A stretch of DNA of 64,000 nucleotides. Origin: an uncultured Planctomycetales bacterium (GTDB lineage Bacteria > Omnitrophota > Gorgyraeia > Gygaellales > Profunditerraquicolaceae). The stretch lies in contig CAZYCL010000006.1 in NCBI GenBank assembly GCA_964645795.1, forward strand, positions 73,939 through 137,938, written 5' to 3'. This document shows positions 7,782-17,483 of this stretch, piece after piece (the stretch's first letter is position 1; the number at the start of each line of letters is the position of its first letter). The notes under the pieces were generated by a model. The model searched no databases and was not told the origin of the DNA. It saw nothing but the letters and a program-made list of their open reading frames with translations. A program made the position numbers and the translations under genes.

Positions 7782-8135
7782 ATGAGTTACGCTGGCCCGA
7801 ATCGCAGGAAAAGCCCCCGTGTCGTCGGCCGCTTCATCGTAAGCTACCGGATACTTGACGAGATCAATAACGTCGATATCACCCAGACCAAGAACTTCAG
7901 CCTCGGCGGGATGCTGCTTACCACCAACAGGTCGTTTGCCGCCGGCACCAAGCTTGCCCTGGAGATCCGCCTGCCCTTTGATCCCCATCCGATCATGCTT
8001 ATCGGCAAGGTGCTTGAATCCCATGAAGTCACCAAAAACCTTATCTATGATACCAGGCTCGTTTTCCTGGCTATTGACGATAGGCATAAGAAAGTGATGA
8101 ATGAGACCGTCGATTACTATTTGAAGAAAGGTTAG
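7782..8135 (+). CDS. PilZ domain protein (c-di-GMP receptor)
   Basis: RRKSPR supplies the RxxxR motif and NFSLGGM the D/NxSxxG motif. Confidence 0.7.
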   Translation: MSYAGPNRRKSPRVVGRFIVSYRILDEINNVDITQTKNFSLGGMLLTTNRSFAAGTKLALEIRLPFDPHPIMLIGKVLESHEVTKNLIYDTRLVFLAIDDRHKKVMNETVDYYLKKG

Positions 8136-8136
8136 C

Positions 8137-9435
8137 TTGATGAAGAAGATAAACGTAGGCCTTATCGGTTTCGGGACCGTCGGCTCAGGCGTAGTCAAGA
8201 TACTGCGCGAGAGAAAAGTGTTTTTGAGCCAGAAGATCGGCCTGGAGATAGAGGTCAAGAGGATCTGCGATAAGGATATCACCAGCAGACGCAACGTTTC
8301 TGTGGATAAGAGCCTTCTGGTAAAAGAGGCTGCGCGCCTGCTCGATGATCCGCAAATAGACGTGATCGTGGAGCTGATCGGGGGGATACATCCGGCGAAG
8401 GAGTTTATCCTTGAGGCCCTTAAGAAAGGCAAGAACGTGGTGACCGCCAACAAGGCGCTTTTGGCCCAGGAAGGGCAGGAGCTGTTTGCCCGGGCCGCAG
8501 ACCTGGGAAAGACCATTTACTTTGAGGCTTGCGTGGGGGCAGGCATCCCCATAATCAAATCCTTGCGCGAAGGCCTGATCGCCAACCGTTTTAATAGTAT
8601 TTTTGGGATAGTCAACGGCACTTCAAATTTTGTCCTTTCCCAGATGTCGCAGGACGCCTGTTCTTTCAGCGAGGCGCTCGCCCAGGCCAAGGCAAAGGGC
8701 TACGCCGAGAGCGACCCGTCGCTGGACATAGAGGGCCTGGATTCGGCGCACAAACTCATCCTTCTTACTTATCTGGGTTTCGGAAAGCTGGTAAAAGTTT
8801 CCGATGTTTTCATAGAGGGCATCACCAGGATCTCTCTTGCCGACGTAAACTACGCCAAGGAACTCGGCTTTGAGATAAAGCTTTTGGCCATAGCCAAGAA
8901 GGAAGCCCAGGATTTGGAGGTCAGGGTCCATCCTACGCTTATCCCCAAGAGCCACCTTCTTGCTTCGGTATCCGGGGTCAACAACGCCATATACACCACT
9001 AGCGACCTGGCAGGCAACCTGCTTTTCTACGGACCGGGAGCAGGGCAGATGTCGGCTGCTTCAGCGGTAGTATCGGACCTGGTGGATTTGACGCAGGATA
9101 TCAAGGCCGGGATGTTCAGGCCGCTTATACAGATAATCGCAGATAAGGATGTGCGCCGGATCCGCAGGATAGATGATTTTGAAAGCCGCTACTACATCCG
9201 TTTTATGGCCCCTGACAGGCCGGGTGTACTGGCAAGGATATCGGGGATACTTGCTAAATACGGGATTAGCATCGCCTCCGTGACCCAGAAGGAAAGAAGC
9301 CGCGCCAAAGTAGTGCCGTTGGTCATGATCACCCATGAGGCGAAGGAAAAAGAGCTGCGCAGCGCACTTGACGCCATTGCCAGGCTTGATGCGGTAGAAG
9401 AGAAGATCGTGGCTATCAGGATAGAAGAGTTATGA
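8137..9435 (+). CDS. hom: Homoserine dehydrogenase with a C-terminal ACT domain
   Basis: The N-terminus [15 protein letters not shown] and the central NKALLA/YFEA.VGAGIP motifs are typical of homoserine dehydrogenase. Confidence 0.85.
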   Translation: MMKKINVGLIGFGTVGSGVVKILRERKVFLSQKIGLEIEVKRICDKDITSRRNVSVDKSLLVKEAARLLDDPQIDVIVELIGGIHPAKEFILEALKKGKNVVTANKALLAQEGQELFARAADLGKTIYFEACVGAGIPIIKSLREGLIANRFNSIFGIVNGTSNFVLSQMSQDACSFSEALAQAKAKGYAESDPSLDIEGLDSAHKLILLTYLGFGKLVKVSDVFIEGITRISLADVNYAKELGFEIKLLAIAKKEAQDLEVRVHPTLIPKSHLLASVSGVNNAIYTTSDLAGNLLFYGPGAGQMSAASAVVSDLVDLTQDIKAGMFRPLIQIIADKDVRRIRRIDDFESRYYIRFMAPDRPGVLARISGILAKYGISIASVTQKERSRAKVVPLVMITHEAKEKELRSALDAIARLDAVEEKIVAIRIEEL

Positions 9436-10520
9436 TGCTTTTTAAAGGCAGGGACAAAGATGCCTGTCTATATCAGGGCATTATCCATAAATACGCCAAA
9501 TACCTGCCTGTAACTCAAAAAACCCCCGTCATCACCCTTAATGAGGGTAACACCCCGCTTATATTCTCGCCTTATCTAAGCACAGAGATAGGTAAAGGTT
9601 TTGAGGTCTGGCTTAAATACGAGGGGCTTAATCCCACGGGTTCATTCAAGGACCGCGGGATGACCATGGCCATCTCCAAGGCCCTGGAAGAAGGCGCGAA
9701 AGCCGTAATGTGCGCTTCTACCGGCAACACTTCCGCTTCCGCCGCCGCATACTGCGCCAGGGCCGGCATCAAATGCATTGTCCTTATCCCCAGCGGCGCT
9801 ATCGCGCTGGGTAAGTTAAGCCAGGCGATGATCCACGGTGCCGTGGTCCTGGCGGTAGAGGGGAATTTTGACGTAGCCCTGGATATGGTCAAGGAAATAA
9901 CCTCCAAGTATCCCATAGTCTTAGTCAACTCCATCAATCCTTTCCGCATCGAAGGCCAGAAGACTGCCAGCTTTGAAGTATGCGATAGCCTGGGCAGCGC
10001 TCCTGATTTCCAGGTGATGCCTGTCGGCAACGCCGGCAATATCACTGCTTACTGGAAAGGGTATAAGGAGTATAAGGAGAGAGGGGTTATCAAGGGCCTG
10101 CCCCGGATGCTCGGTTTCCAGGCAGAAGGCTCTGCCCCGATCGTGCGCGGGCATCCCGTAAAAGATCCGGAGACGATTGCTACAGCCATCCGTATCGGTA
10201 ATCCCGCCAGCTGGAAACAGGCCGAGGCGGCGCGCGATGAGTCGGATGGGCTTATCGATATGGTCTCAGACGACGAGATCCTCCAGGCTTACCAGATACT
10301 CGCCTCCAAAGACGGTGTTTTTGCCGAACCCGCATCCTGCGCCTCCGTTGCCGGCCTGCTCAAACTGAGTAAGTCGGGTTACTTTAGGCGACCAGCCAAA
10401 ATAGTCTGCATCCTCACCGGCCACGGCCTTAAGGACCCTGATCGGGCGATCAAAACCGTTAATCCTCCCAAGACGGTCAAGCCTGAGCTTAAGGAGGTTC
10501 TCAGGGAAATTGGCTACTAA
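9432..10520 (+). CDS. thrC: Threonine synthase
   Basis: The PLP-binding lysine motif FKDRGM is present, the N-terminus resembles ThrC ([20 protein letters not shown]), and the start overlaps the hom stop (ATGA). Confidence 0.85.
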   Translation: MMLFKGRDKDACLYQGIIHKYAKYLPVTQKTPVITLNEGNTPLIFSPYLSTEIGKGFEVWLKYEGLNPTGSFKDRGMTMAISKALEEGAKAVMCASTGNTSASAAAYCARAGIKCIVLIPSGAIALGKLSQAMIHGAVVLAVEGNFDVALDMVKEITSKYPIVLVNSINPFRIEGQKTASFEVCDSLGSAPDFQVMPVGNAGNITAYWKGYKEYKERGVIKGLPRMLGFQAEGSAPIVRGHPVKDPETIATAIRIGNPASWKQAEAARDESDGLIDMVSDDEILQAYQILASKDGVFAEPASCASVAGLLKLSKSGYFRRPAKIVCILTGHGLKDPDRAIKTVNPPKTVKPELKEVLREIGY

Positions 10521-11190
10521 TTATTGTTTCAAAAATAAAAAAATACTTATTACCGCAGGGCCTACCTGGGTGGCTATAGACAGCGTAAGGGTGATCAGTA
10601 ATATTGCCAGCGGCCAGACGGGGATGCTTTTGGCCAGCCGCCTGCAGCAGCTTGGCGCCAATGTCACGCTTATCCTCGGACCTATCGGCCCGCTTTGCTG
10701 CTTTAATAAGAAAATCAAGCTTATTCGTTACAGGCTGTTCGATGAGCTGAAGCCCGCATTGTTCTCCTCGCTCAAAAATCACAAATATGACGCCGTGATC
10801 CACTCTGCAGCCGTCTGTGATTACAAACCCAGAAAAAGCCTTCATAAAAAACTCAGCTCCGGTAATAAAAGCATGTGTATAGAGCTGGCCCCTACGGAAA
10901 AGCTCATCGATAGGATAAGGCCGATATTGCCGTCTGTTTATGCCGTAGGCTTCAAATTCCATCCTCAACTGGCCAAGGCCGGATTGATAAGGCAGGCCAG
11001 AAATTTGCTTGCGCGGGCGAAACTCGACCTGGTAGTAGCTAACACCACGAGTCAAGGCAGGTACCGCGCATTTTTTGTATCAAAAGATACGGTCAGTTGC
11101 GTATTAACCAGCAAGCCGGCCATGGTCTCAAGGCTTATCGATCTTATCGGGGAGGGAGTATGCAGGAACTTAAGTTGCCGCCGAAGATAA
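10510..11190 (+). CDS. coaB: Phosphopantothenate--cysteine ligase, stand-alone CoaB domain (no CoaC half), TTG start
   Basis: [29 protein letters not shown] matches the DFP/CoaB nucleotide-binding motif. The protein is only ~226 aa. Confidence 0.7.
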   Translation: MATNYCFKNKKILITAGPTWVAIDSVRVISNIASGQTGMLLASRLQQLGANVTLILGPIGPLCCFNKKIKLIRYRLFDELKPALFSSLKNHKYDAVIHSAAVCDYKPRKSLHKKLSSGNKSMCIELAPTEKLIDRIRPILPSVYAVGFKFHPQLAKAGLIRQARNLLARAKLDLVVANTTSQGRYRAFFVSKDTVSCVLTSKPAMVSRLIDLIGEGVCRNLSCRRR

Positions 11191-11885
11191 AGAAGAAGCT
11201 CGATGAGTTCGTTGCCAGGTTAAACGATATCTACCGCGCAAACCTCATCTCGATCATCGCCTACGGGAGCGCGGTCAGCAACGAGTATGTGGATAAGCAC
11301 TCAAACGTGAACCTGCTTATAGTGTTGGATAAGTTGAGCCTTCAGGAGCTCAAGCGCTCCTCTTGCGCGGTCAATAAGCTCTCCTTTGTCAGGCCGGTAT
11401 TCCTTGACCGGCATTATATCGATACCTCGACCGATATCTTTCCCATAGAGTTCCTGGATATGAAAGAGAATTACCTGCTTTTGTCGGGGATAGACGTGCT
11501 TAAGGACCTGCAGGTAGACCTCAAGCACCTGCGTTATCAATGCGAGCAGGAGCTTAAATCCAAGCTCATCAACTTAAGCCAGTCTTACGTCAAGTTTAAC
11601 AATAATCATGTCATGTTAAGGGGGCTGTTGATCAAGACATTTATCTCGATGACGCATATTTCAAGGAATCTTATCAGGCTCAAGGGCAGGGTCGTGCCCT
11701 ATCGTAAAGACGAAGTAATAAAGGCCCTTAATGCCGAGTTCGGAGTAGATATCAAAGTCTGTGAAGACCTGCTTTGGGCGCGGCAGAACCAGGAAAGGCT
11801 TAACGCCCCCAGGACAGAAGAGTTATTCTCGGCTTTTGTTGCCGAACTTGAGAAATTGGTGGATGCGGTAGACAAGATGCAGTGA
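11160..11885 (+). CDS. Nucleotidyltransferase-fold protein with a degenerate Pol-beta-like motif; hypothetical
   Basis: YGSAVSNEYVDKHSNVNLLIVLD resembles hG[GS]x9-13Dh[DE]h, but the acidic residues are replaced (S/N). A RBS GGAGGG precedes the ATG at 11160. Confidence 0.35.
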   Translation: MQELKLPPKIKKKLDEFVARLNDIYRANLISIIAYGSAVSNEYVDKHSNVNLLIVLDKLSLQELKRSSCAVNKLSFVRPVFLDRHYIDTSTDIFPIEFLDMKENYLLLSGIDVLKDLQVDLKHLRYQCEQELKSKLINLSQSYVKFNNNHVMLRGLLIKTFISMTHISRNLIRLKGRVVPYRKDEVIKALNAEFGVDIKVCEDLLWARQNQERLNAPRTEELFSAFVAELEKLVDAVDKMQ

Positions 11886-12766
11886 TGATCAAAATCCTGC
11901 TGTTCTTGATATGTCTGGCTTCATGCCTGCCGGCGCAGGCTTCCGACATTCCCCGGCCGCAGGGCTGGGTCAATGATTTTGCCGATTGTATAAGCCGGGA
12001 TTACAGGGATAAGATTAATACTCTTATCAGCGAGCTTAAGGAAAAGACTTCCGCCGAGATCGCGGTCGTTACCGTCAGCTCCATAGCGCCGTACGATGAA
12101 ACAGAGTACGCGCGCATGCTCTTTGACAGCTGGAGGCCCGGCGAAAAAGGCAAAGACAACGGGGTGCTCATTTTGCTGGCGCTCAAGGAAAGGCGCTGGC
12201 GCATAGAGACAGGTTATGGCCTGGAGGGGGTACTGCCTGACGGGTTGTGCGGCCAGATCGGCCGCCGTTATATGGTGCCTAGATTCAAGGAAGGAAATTT
12301 CTCGCAGGGGCTTTATCACGCGGCAGTCGAGATCTCCAGGATCATCGCTTCGGATGCAGGGGTTTCGCTTAATGAGCCAGATATCGAGGTCGCCGGCAGG
12401 GTGAGCGCAGCGACGCCGCTATTTATGTACATATTCCTGCCTCTTTTCTTTTTTATCTGGAACCTTCCCTGGCCATTTTTCATCGGCTTGCCGGTGACTT
12501 TGTTATTCGCGGTATCATTCTTTGCCGCATCCAGGCTCCTGGGGTATCTGGTGCTCCTTGGATATGCGGCTTCGCTGTTAGTCAGGTATCTTATCTGGAG
12601 TCATGCGCCTGCGGGCAGGAGAGGCAGTTACTGGGGAGCTCAGTCTTATGGCACAGGCAGGCATTCCGGTAGCGGCGGCTGCGGCGGCTTTGGAGGAAGC
12701 AGTGGAGGTTTCGGCGGTTTCGGCGGCGGCTCAGGCGCAGGAGGAGGGGCCGGCGGAGGTTTTTAG
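11882..12766 (+). CDS. TPM-domain (YgcG-like) membrane protein with a signal peptide, a TM helix and a Gly-rich tail
   Basis: The TPM/DUF477 signature is present (GWVNDFADCISRD...AVVTV...LILLALKERRWRIETGYG), followed by a TM segment and a GGFGG-rich C-terminus. Confidence 0.7.
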   Translation: MMIKILLFLICLASCLPAQASDIPRPQGWVNDFADCISRDYRDKINTLISELKEKTSAEIAVVTVSSIAPYDETEYARMLFDSWRPGEKGKDNGVLILLALKERRWRIETGYGLEGVLPDGLCGQIGRRYMVPRFKEGNFSQGLYHAAVEISRIIASDAGVSLNEPDIEVAGRVSAATPLFMYIFLPLFFFIWNLPWPFFIGLPVTLLFAVSFFAASRLLGYLVLLGYAASLLVRYLIWSHAPAGRRGSYWGAQSYGTGRHSGSGGCGGFGGSSGGFGGFGGGSGAGGGAGGGF

Positions 12767-12791
12767 AAATCAAAATTGATAGGAGGCATAC

Positions 12792-13352
12792 ATGAACAAA
12801 TTGCTGGTTATCCTGGGAGTAGCGGTAGTTGCCGCGGTTATTGCGTTTATTTCTGTATACAACGGGATTATTTCCCGTCAGGAAAATATCGTTGCTAAAT
12901 GGTCGCAGGTAGACAATCAGCTGCAAAGAAGGAACGACCTGATACCCAACCTCGTAAACTCCGTAAAAGGCTATGCTGCCCACGAGAAGGGAGTGTTCGA
13001 GTCCGTTACCAATGCCCGTTCCCAATGGTCAAAAGCCGCGGGGGTTGTTGAAAAGACCAAGGCTGCTTCTATCCTGGATTCAGCTTTGAGCAGGCTTCTT
13101 GCCGTGGCAGAGAATTACCCGTCGCTCAAAGCCGACCAGACGTTTTTAAAGCTGATGGATGAGCTTTCCGGAGCAGAAAACCGCATTGCTGTTGAAAGAA
13201 TGCGTTACAACGAGGCGGTGAAAGAGTATAATATTGTAGTTCGGACATTCCCCGGAAATATCGTTGCCTCAATGAACAACTTTAAGCCGGCGACGGAGTA
13301 TTTCAGGGCAGAAGACACAGCGAGGCAAGTTCCTGAAGTGAAGTTCAATTAA
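12792..13352 (+). CDS. lemA: LemA family protein
   Basis: An N-terminal TM helix is followed by the LemA conserved region (ENYPSLKADQTFLKLMDEL...RMRYNEAV). LemA is commonly paired with TPM proteins. Confidence 0.8.
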   Translation: MNKLLVILGVAVVAAVIAFISVYNGIISRQENIVAKWSQVDNQLQRRNDLIPNLVNSVKGYAAHEKGVFESVTNARSQWSKAAGVVEKTKAASILDSALSRLLAVAENYPSLKADQTFLKLMDELSGAENRIAVERMRYNEAVKEYNIVVRTFPGNIVASMNNFKPATEYFRAEDTARQVPEVKFN

Positions 13353-13360
13353 AGAACCAG

Positions 13361-13447
13361 CCACCAGTCACCGCGCCACCATGTCACCAGCCAAACGGGT
13401 GACTTGGTGACAAGTTCAATCTCATTCGCCGGGTGACTCGGTGACTC
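13361..13447. repeat. GTCACC/GGTGAC hexamer-block palindromic element (family G), copy 1
   Basis: CCACCAGTCACCGCGCCACCATGTCACC...GGGTGACTTGGTGAC...GGGTGACTCGGTGACTC, intergenic. Confidence 0.7.
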
Positions 13448-13467
13448 TGAATTGTCATTCTAATCAT

Positions 13468-14673
13468 ATGAAATATATTGTTATAGTGGGCGACGGCATG
13501 GCGGATTACCCTGTGGCTGAATTGGGCGGCCGTACTCCGCTGGAGGCGGCGCGCACCCCGAATATGGACCAGATAGTCCAGGGCGGGGTCCTGGGAATAG
13601 CTAAGACCATTCCCGCCAAGATGACGCCCGCTTCGGATGTAGCCAATATTTCCATCCTCGGGTATAATCCTGCAGAGTATTATTCTGGCAGGGCGCCGCT
13701 GGAAGCGGCAAACCTGGGAGTAGAGCTTGAGGAAGAAGATGTCGCTTTTCGCTGCAACCTTATCACTGCATCGGGCGATACGCTGCTTGATTACAGCGCC
13801 GGCCACATCCAGTCCAAAGAAGCGGCGACGCTGATAAATTGCATTGACGAGAACCTCGGCACCGATAGGATAAAATTCTATCCCGGCGTAAGCTACCGCC
13901 ACCTGATGGTCGTAAAGGGCGGCGCCAGGGAAGGATTGGACAGCCTTGAATGCAGGCCTCCTCACGATATTGCCGGCCAGAACATTTCGAAGAATTTTCC
14001 TAAGGGCCGCAACGCCGAAGTGCTTATTAAATTGATGGAAAATTCGCGCCCCATATTGGAATCGCAGGAGCTAAATCTGGTGCGCGTTGACCTCAAGGAA
14101 AACCCCGCCAACATGATCTGGCTTTGGGGGCAGGGCAGGAAACCCCGGATGCCTTCTTTTTACGATAAGTACGGCGTTACAGGCAGCGTAATTTCAGCCG
14201 TTGACCTTATCAAGGGGCTGGGCAGGGTGCTGGGGCTTGAGGTCATCAATGTGGAAGGCGCAACCGGTTATTACGATACCAACTATGCCGGCAAGGCAAA
14301 GGCCGCTATTGATTCGCTTGAAAACAATGATTTCGTTTTCGTGCACGTGGAGGCGCCTGATGAGGCCGGCCATAACGGCGACCTTCGGGAAAAGATCTCG
14401 GCTATTGAAAGGATAGACCAGTTTATCGTCTCGCAGGTGCTCAAGTCTTTTAAAGGCAGGCCGGATTTTCGTGTTATGCTGCTTCCCGACCACTGTACTC
14501 CTATTTCAGTAAGGACCCATACGTCTGATCCCGTGCCGTTTGCGATATGCGGCAGCGGTATTTCGGCGCGCGGGCTTTCTGGATACAATGAAAAGGAGGC
14601 CAAGAAATCCAGCCTTTACTTCGAAGAAGGCTGGCGACTGATGGATTATTTTATCAAAGGTTCGAATCCATGA
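13468..14673 (+). CDS. apgM: Cofactor-independent phosphoglycerate mutase, archaeal type
   Basis: IVIVGDGMAD, the metalloenzyme-superfamily motifs, and FVHVEAPDEAGH are present. The start was taken at the internal ATG at 13468. Confidence 0.8.
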   Translation: MKYIVIVGDGMADYPVAELGGRTPLEAARTPNMDQIVQGGVLGIAKTIPAKMTPASDVANISILGYNPAEYYSGRAPLEAANLGVELEEEDVAFRCNLITASGDTLLDYSAGHIQSKEAATLINCIDENLGTDRIKFYPGVSYRHLMVVKGGAREGLDSLECRPPHDIAGQNISKNFPKGRNAEVLIKLMENSRPILESQELNLVRVDLKENPANMIWLWGQGRKPRMPSFYDKYGVTGSVISAVDLIKGLGRVLGLEVINVEGATGYYDTNYAGKAKAAIDSLENNDFVFVHVEAPDEAGHNGDLREKISAIERIDQFIVSQVLKSFKGRPDFRVMLLPDHCTPISVRTHTSDPVPFAICGSGISARGLSGYNEKEAKKSSLYFEEGWRLMDYFIKGSNP

Positions 14674-16265
14674 GCTCGCTTTTTATTGTCATTCCCGCCA
14701 CCCTCTTGTTTGCCCTGGCCTATAGTTTTTTTGGCAGGCTCCTTGAACGCGTCTGGGAAGTCGATCCCAAAAAGGCCACGCCCGCCTACTCGAAGTTTGA
14801 CAGCGTCGATTACGTCCCGGCAAAAAATTGGCTCATCCTCTTCGGGCATCATTTTTCTTCCATTGCCGGAGCCGGCCCGATTATCGGCCCGACTATCGCG
14901 GTCATGCTCTGGGGTTGGGGCCCGGCGCTTGCCTGGATACTGCTGGGTAGCATTTTTATAGGCGGCGTCCATGATTTCGGCTCGCTTATGAGCTCCGTAA
15001 GGGAAGGCGGTTCTTCCATTGCCGATATCGCTGAAGACGCAATATCGCGCAAGGCCAAGATAATATTCTCAATTTTCGTGTGGCTGGCCCTGGTCCTGGT
15101 GATCGCGGTCTTCGCCTATTTATGCGCCGATATTTTCGTAAAGAAACCCGCGGTAGTGCTGCCTTCGACCGGCATAATCCCGGTAGCGATGCTTGTCGGC
15201 TGGATGCTTTATAACCTGAGAGCCGGAATCGTTACGGCAACCGCCATAGGGCTTGTTTGCCTTGCCGGGCTGCTGGTGGCAGGCAATTATTTTTCTTTTA
15301 ACCTTAGTTTGCACTCCTGGTTGGCGCTATTGCTGGTCTATTGTTTTTTCGCTTCGGTGCTTCCGGTGAATATCCTTCTGCAGCCCCGGGATTACCTTTC
15401 AAGCTTCCTTTTGTTCTTTGGAGTGGGCTGCGGTTATATCGGGCTCTTTATTAGAAGGCCTGATATAAGCATGCCGGCGTATCACCATTGGTCCTCGCAG
15501 GAAGGTTATCTTTGGCCGATGCTTTTTGTGACCATCGCCTGCGGGGCTGTCTCAGGCTTCCACTCTCTGGTATCAAGCGGCACGACCTCCAAACAGCTGG
15601 CAAACCAGCGTTACGCCAAGAGGATCGGGTTCGGGGCGATGATGGTTGAGGGGATAGTGGCCCTGCTGGCCGTGATCGCCTGCGTCATCATGTTTAGGCC
15701 CGGTGAAGATTTTGCCGGCATCCTTAAGCGCTTAAGCCCGATCGGGGTCTTCGGCGCCGGTTACGGTGAGATTACGCAGGATGTGCTGTTCGGGCACGGC
15801 TCATTTATCGCCATTACCATACTTAACGCTTTTATCTTGACTACTTTGGATACAGCCACTAGAATATCTCGTTACCTTAGCGAAGAGTTGTTCGGCCTGA
15901 AAAACCGCTTTTTGTCTACGTTCCTGGTGGTGGCTGCAAGCGGTTTGCTGGCTTTCAGCGGCAAGTGGCAGCAGATCTGGCCGGCGTTCGGCGCCTCTAA
16001 CCAGCTGGTGGCAAGCCTTACGCTTTTTGTGCTGAGCTGCTGGCTTATGAGCCGCAAGAAAGGCTCGCTCTTCGTGCTTATCCCGGCATTTTTTATGCTG
16101 TTTACCACTATTGCCGCACTTGGCCTTCAGGCTAAAAGCTATATTTTGGGCAGGCATCCCGTGCTTTCTACGATCTGCGCGGTATTGATAATATTGGCTT
16201 GCGTTATGGTTTGGGAAGTCGCTTGCGCCTATAGAAGGAGATTGAGTAAATGTCAAAAAGCTTGA
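14670..16265 (+). CDS. cstA: Carbon starvation protein A family transporter
   Basis: It carries the CstA signature LFGHHFSSIAGAGPIIGP and many TM helices. Confidence 0.8.
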   Translation: MSSLFIVIPATLLFALAYSFFGRLLERVWEVDPKKATPAYSKFDSVDYVPAKNWLILFGHHFSSIAGAGPIIGPTIAVMLWGWGPALAWILLGSIFIGGVHDFGSLMSSVREGGSSIADIAEDAISRKAKIIFSIFVWLALVLVIAVFAYLCADIFVKKPAVVLPSTGIIPVAMLVGWMLYNLRAGIVTATAIGLVCLAGLLVAGNYFSFNLSLHSWLALLLVYCFFASVLPVNILLQPRDYLSSFLLFFGVGCGYIGLFIRRPDISMPAYHHWSSQEGYLWPMLFVTIACGAVSGFHSLVSSGTTSKQLANQRYAKRIGFGAMMVEGIVALLAVIACVIMFRPGEDFAGILKRLSPIGVFGAGYGEITQDVLFGHGSFIAITILNAFILTTLDTATRISRYLSEELFGLKNRFLSTFLVVAASGLLAFSGKWQQIWPAFGASNQLVASLTLFVLSCWLMSRKKGSLFVLIPAFFMLFTTIAALGLQAKSYILGRHPVLSTICAVLIILACVMVWEVACAYRRRLSKCQKA

Positions 16266-17470
16266 TCGTTCAGAAGTTCGGCGGCTCATCCGTCGCCTGC
16301 GCCGAACGCATTCAAAACGTCGCCAGAAGAGTGGCGGAATACAAGAAGAAAGGGCATGATCTTGTGGTAGTGGTTTCTGCCATGGGGGATACCACCGACG
16401 AGATAATCGAGCTGGCCAATAAGATAAATCCCGATCCGCCGGAAAGAGAGATGGACATGCTTCTGTCAACCGGCGAGCAGATATCAGTGGCGCTCCTGGC
16501 CATGGCCTTGCACCGACTGGGCCTGGAGGCGATCTCTTTTACCGGCGCGCAGGTCGGCATCATAACCGATACCAAGCACACCAGGGCCAGGATAATCAAG
16601 ATCACCGCTGACCGTATACGTCATGAGTTGGACAGAGGCAGGATCGTCATCGTTGCCGGCTTTCAGGGGATAAACGAGAACCACGATATCACAACTCTGG
16701 GCAGGGGCGGCTCGGATCTGACTGCCGTTGCCCTGGCCAAGGCCCTGGATGCCGATGAGTGCGAGATCTATACGGATGTTGAAGGAGTCTATACTACCGA
16801 TCCGCGCATCGAGCCGAGAGCCCATAAGATCGAGATGATGACCTTCGATGAGATGCTGGAGATGGCTTCACTTGGCGCCCAGGTGATGCAGGCGCGTTCT
16901 ATCGAGGTAGCCAAGAAGTATAACGTAGTAATACACGTGCGTTCGTCTTTTTCCGATAAAAAAGGGACTTTAATCGTCAAGGAGGCCAAGAAAATGGAAG
17001 ATGTGGTAGTCAGCGCCGTGACTTTAAGCAAGAGCGAAGCCAAGATCACCATATGCGGCGTTCCGGATAAGCCCGGCGTGGCCGCTCGCATATTCAAGGA
17101 GCTTTCCGCAAACGGCATAAACGTAGGCACTATCGTTCAAAACGTCAGCCATACACGCCAGACCGATATATCGTTTACGGTCCCCAAGTCCGATTTTAAT
17201 AAGGCCGTGCGTCTGATCAGGGCGTTGGCCAGGGATATGCAGGCAGGAGAGGTGCTGGAGGATCAGGATATCGCCCGGGTTTCCATCGTGGGGGTAGGCA
17301 TGGTCACCAATCCCGGCGTGGCCGCCCAGATGTTCGATGTCCTGGCCAAGCAAAAGATTAATATCGAGATGATCTCCACATCCGATATCAGCATCTCTTG
17401 TATAATCAAGAAGAAGTCGGCCGAAAAGGCAGTAAGGTCGCTGCACGATAAGTTCGGCCTGGCTAAATAG
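16250..17470 (+). CDS. lysC: Aspartate kinase with C-terminal ACT domains
   Basis: IVQKFGGSSV and VVVVSAMGDTTDELI are aspartokinase motifs. Confidence 0.85.
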   Translation: MSKSLIVQKFGGSSVACAERIQNVARRVAEYKKKGHDLVVVVSAMGDTTDEIIELANKINPDPPEREMDMLLSTGEQISVALLAMALHRLGLEAISFTGAQVGIITDTKHTRARIIKITADRIRHELDRGRIVIVAGFQGINENHDITTLGRGGSDLTAVALAKALDADECEIYTDVEGVYTTDPRIEPRAHKIEMMTFDEMLEMASLGAQVMQARSIEVAKKYNVVIHVRSSFSDKKGTLIVKEAKKMEDVVVSAVTLSKSEAKITICGVPDKPGVAARIFKELSANGINVGTIVQNVSHTRQTDISFTVPKSDFNKAVRLIRALARDMQAGEVLEDQDIARVSIVGVGMVTNPGVAAQMFDVLAKQKINIEMISTSDISISCIIKKKSAEKAVRSLHDKFGLAK

Positions 17471-17483
17471 AAGGAAGGCTCTG

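Noticed and set aside
7701-8516. 271-aa minus-strand ORF antisense to a PilZ gene and the hom 5' end
   Set aside because: Low-complexity Ser/Ile-rich translation with no motifs. It overlaps two well-supported + strand genes. This is typical of a spurious antisense ORF in GC-rich DNA.
13384-13965. 193-aa minus-strand ORF overlapping the apgM start and the family-G element
   Set aside because: Antisense to apgM, which has conserved motifs. Spurious.
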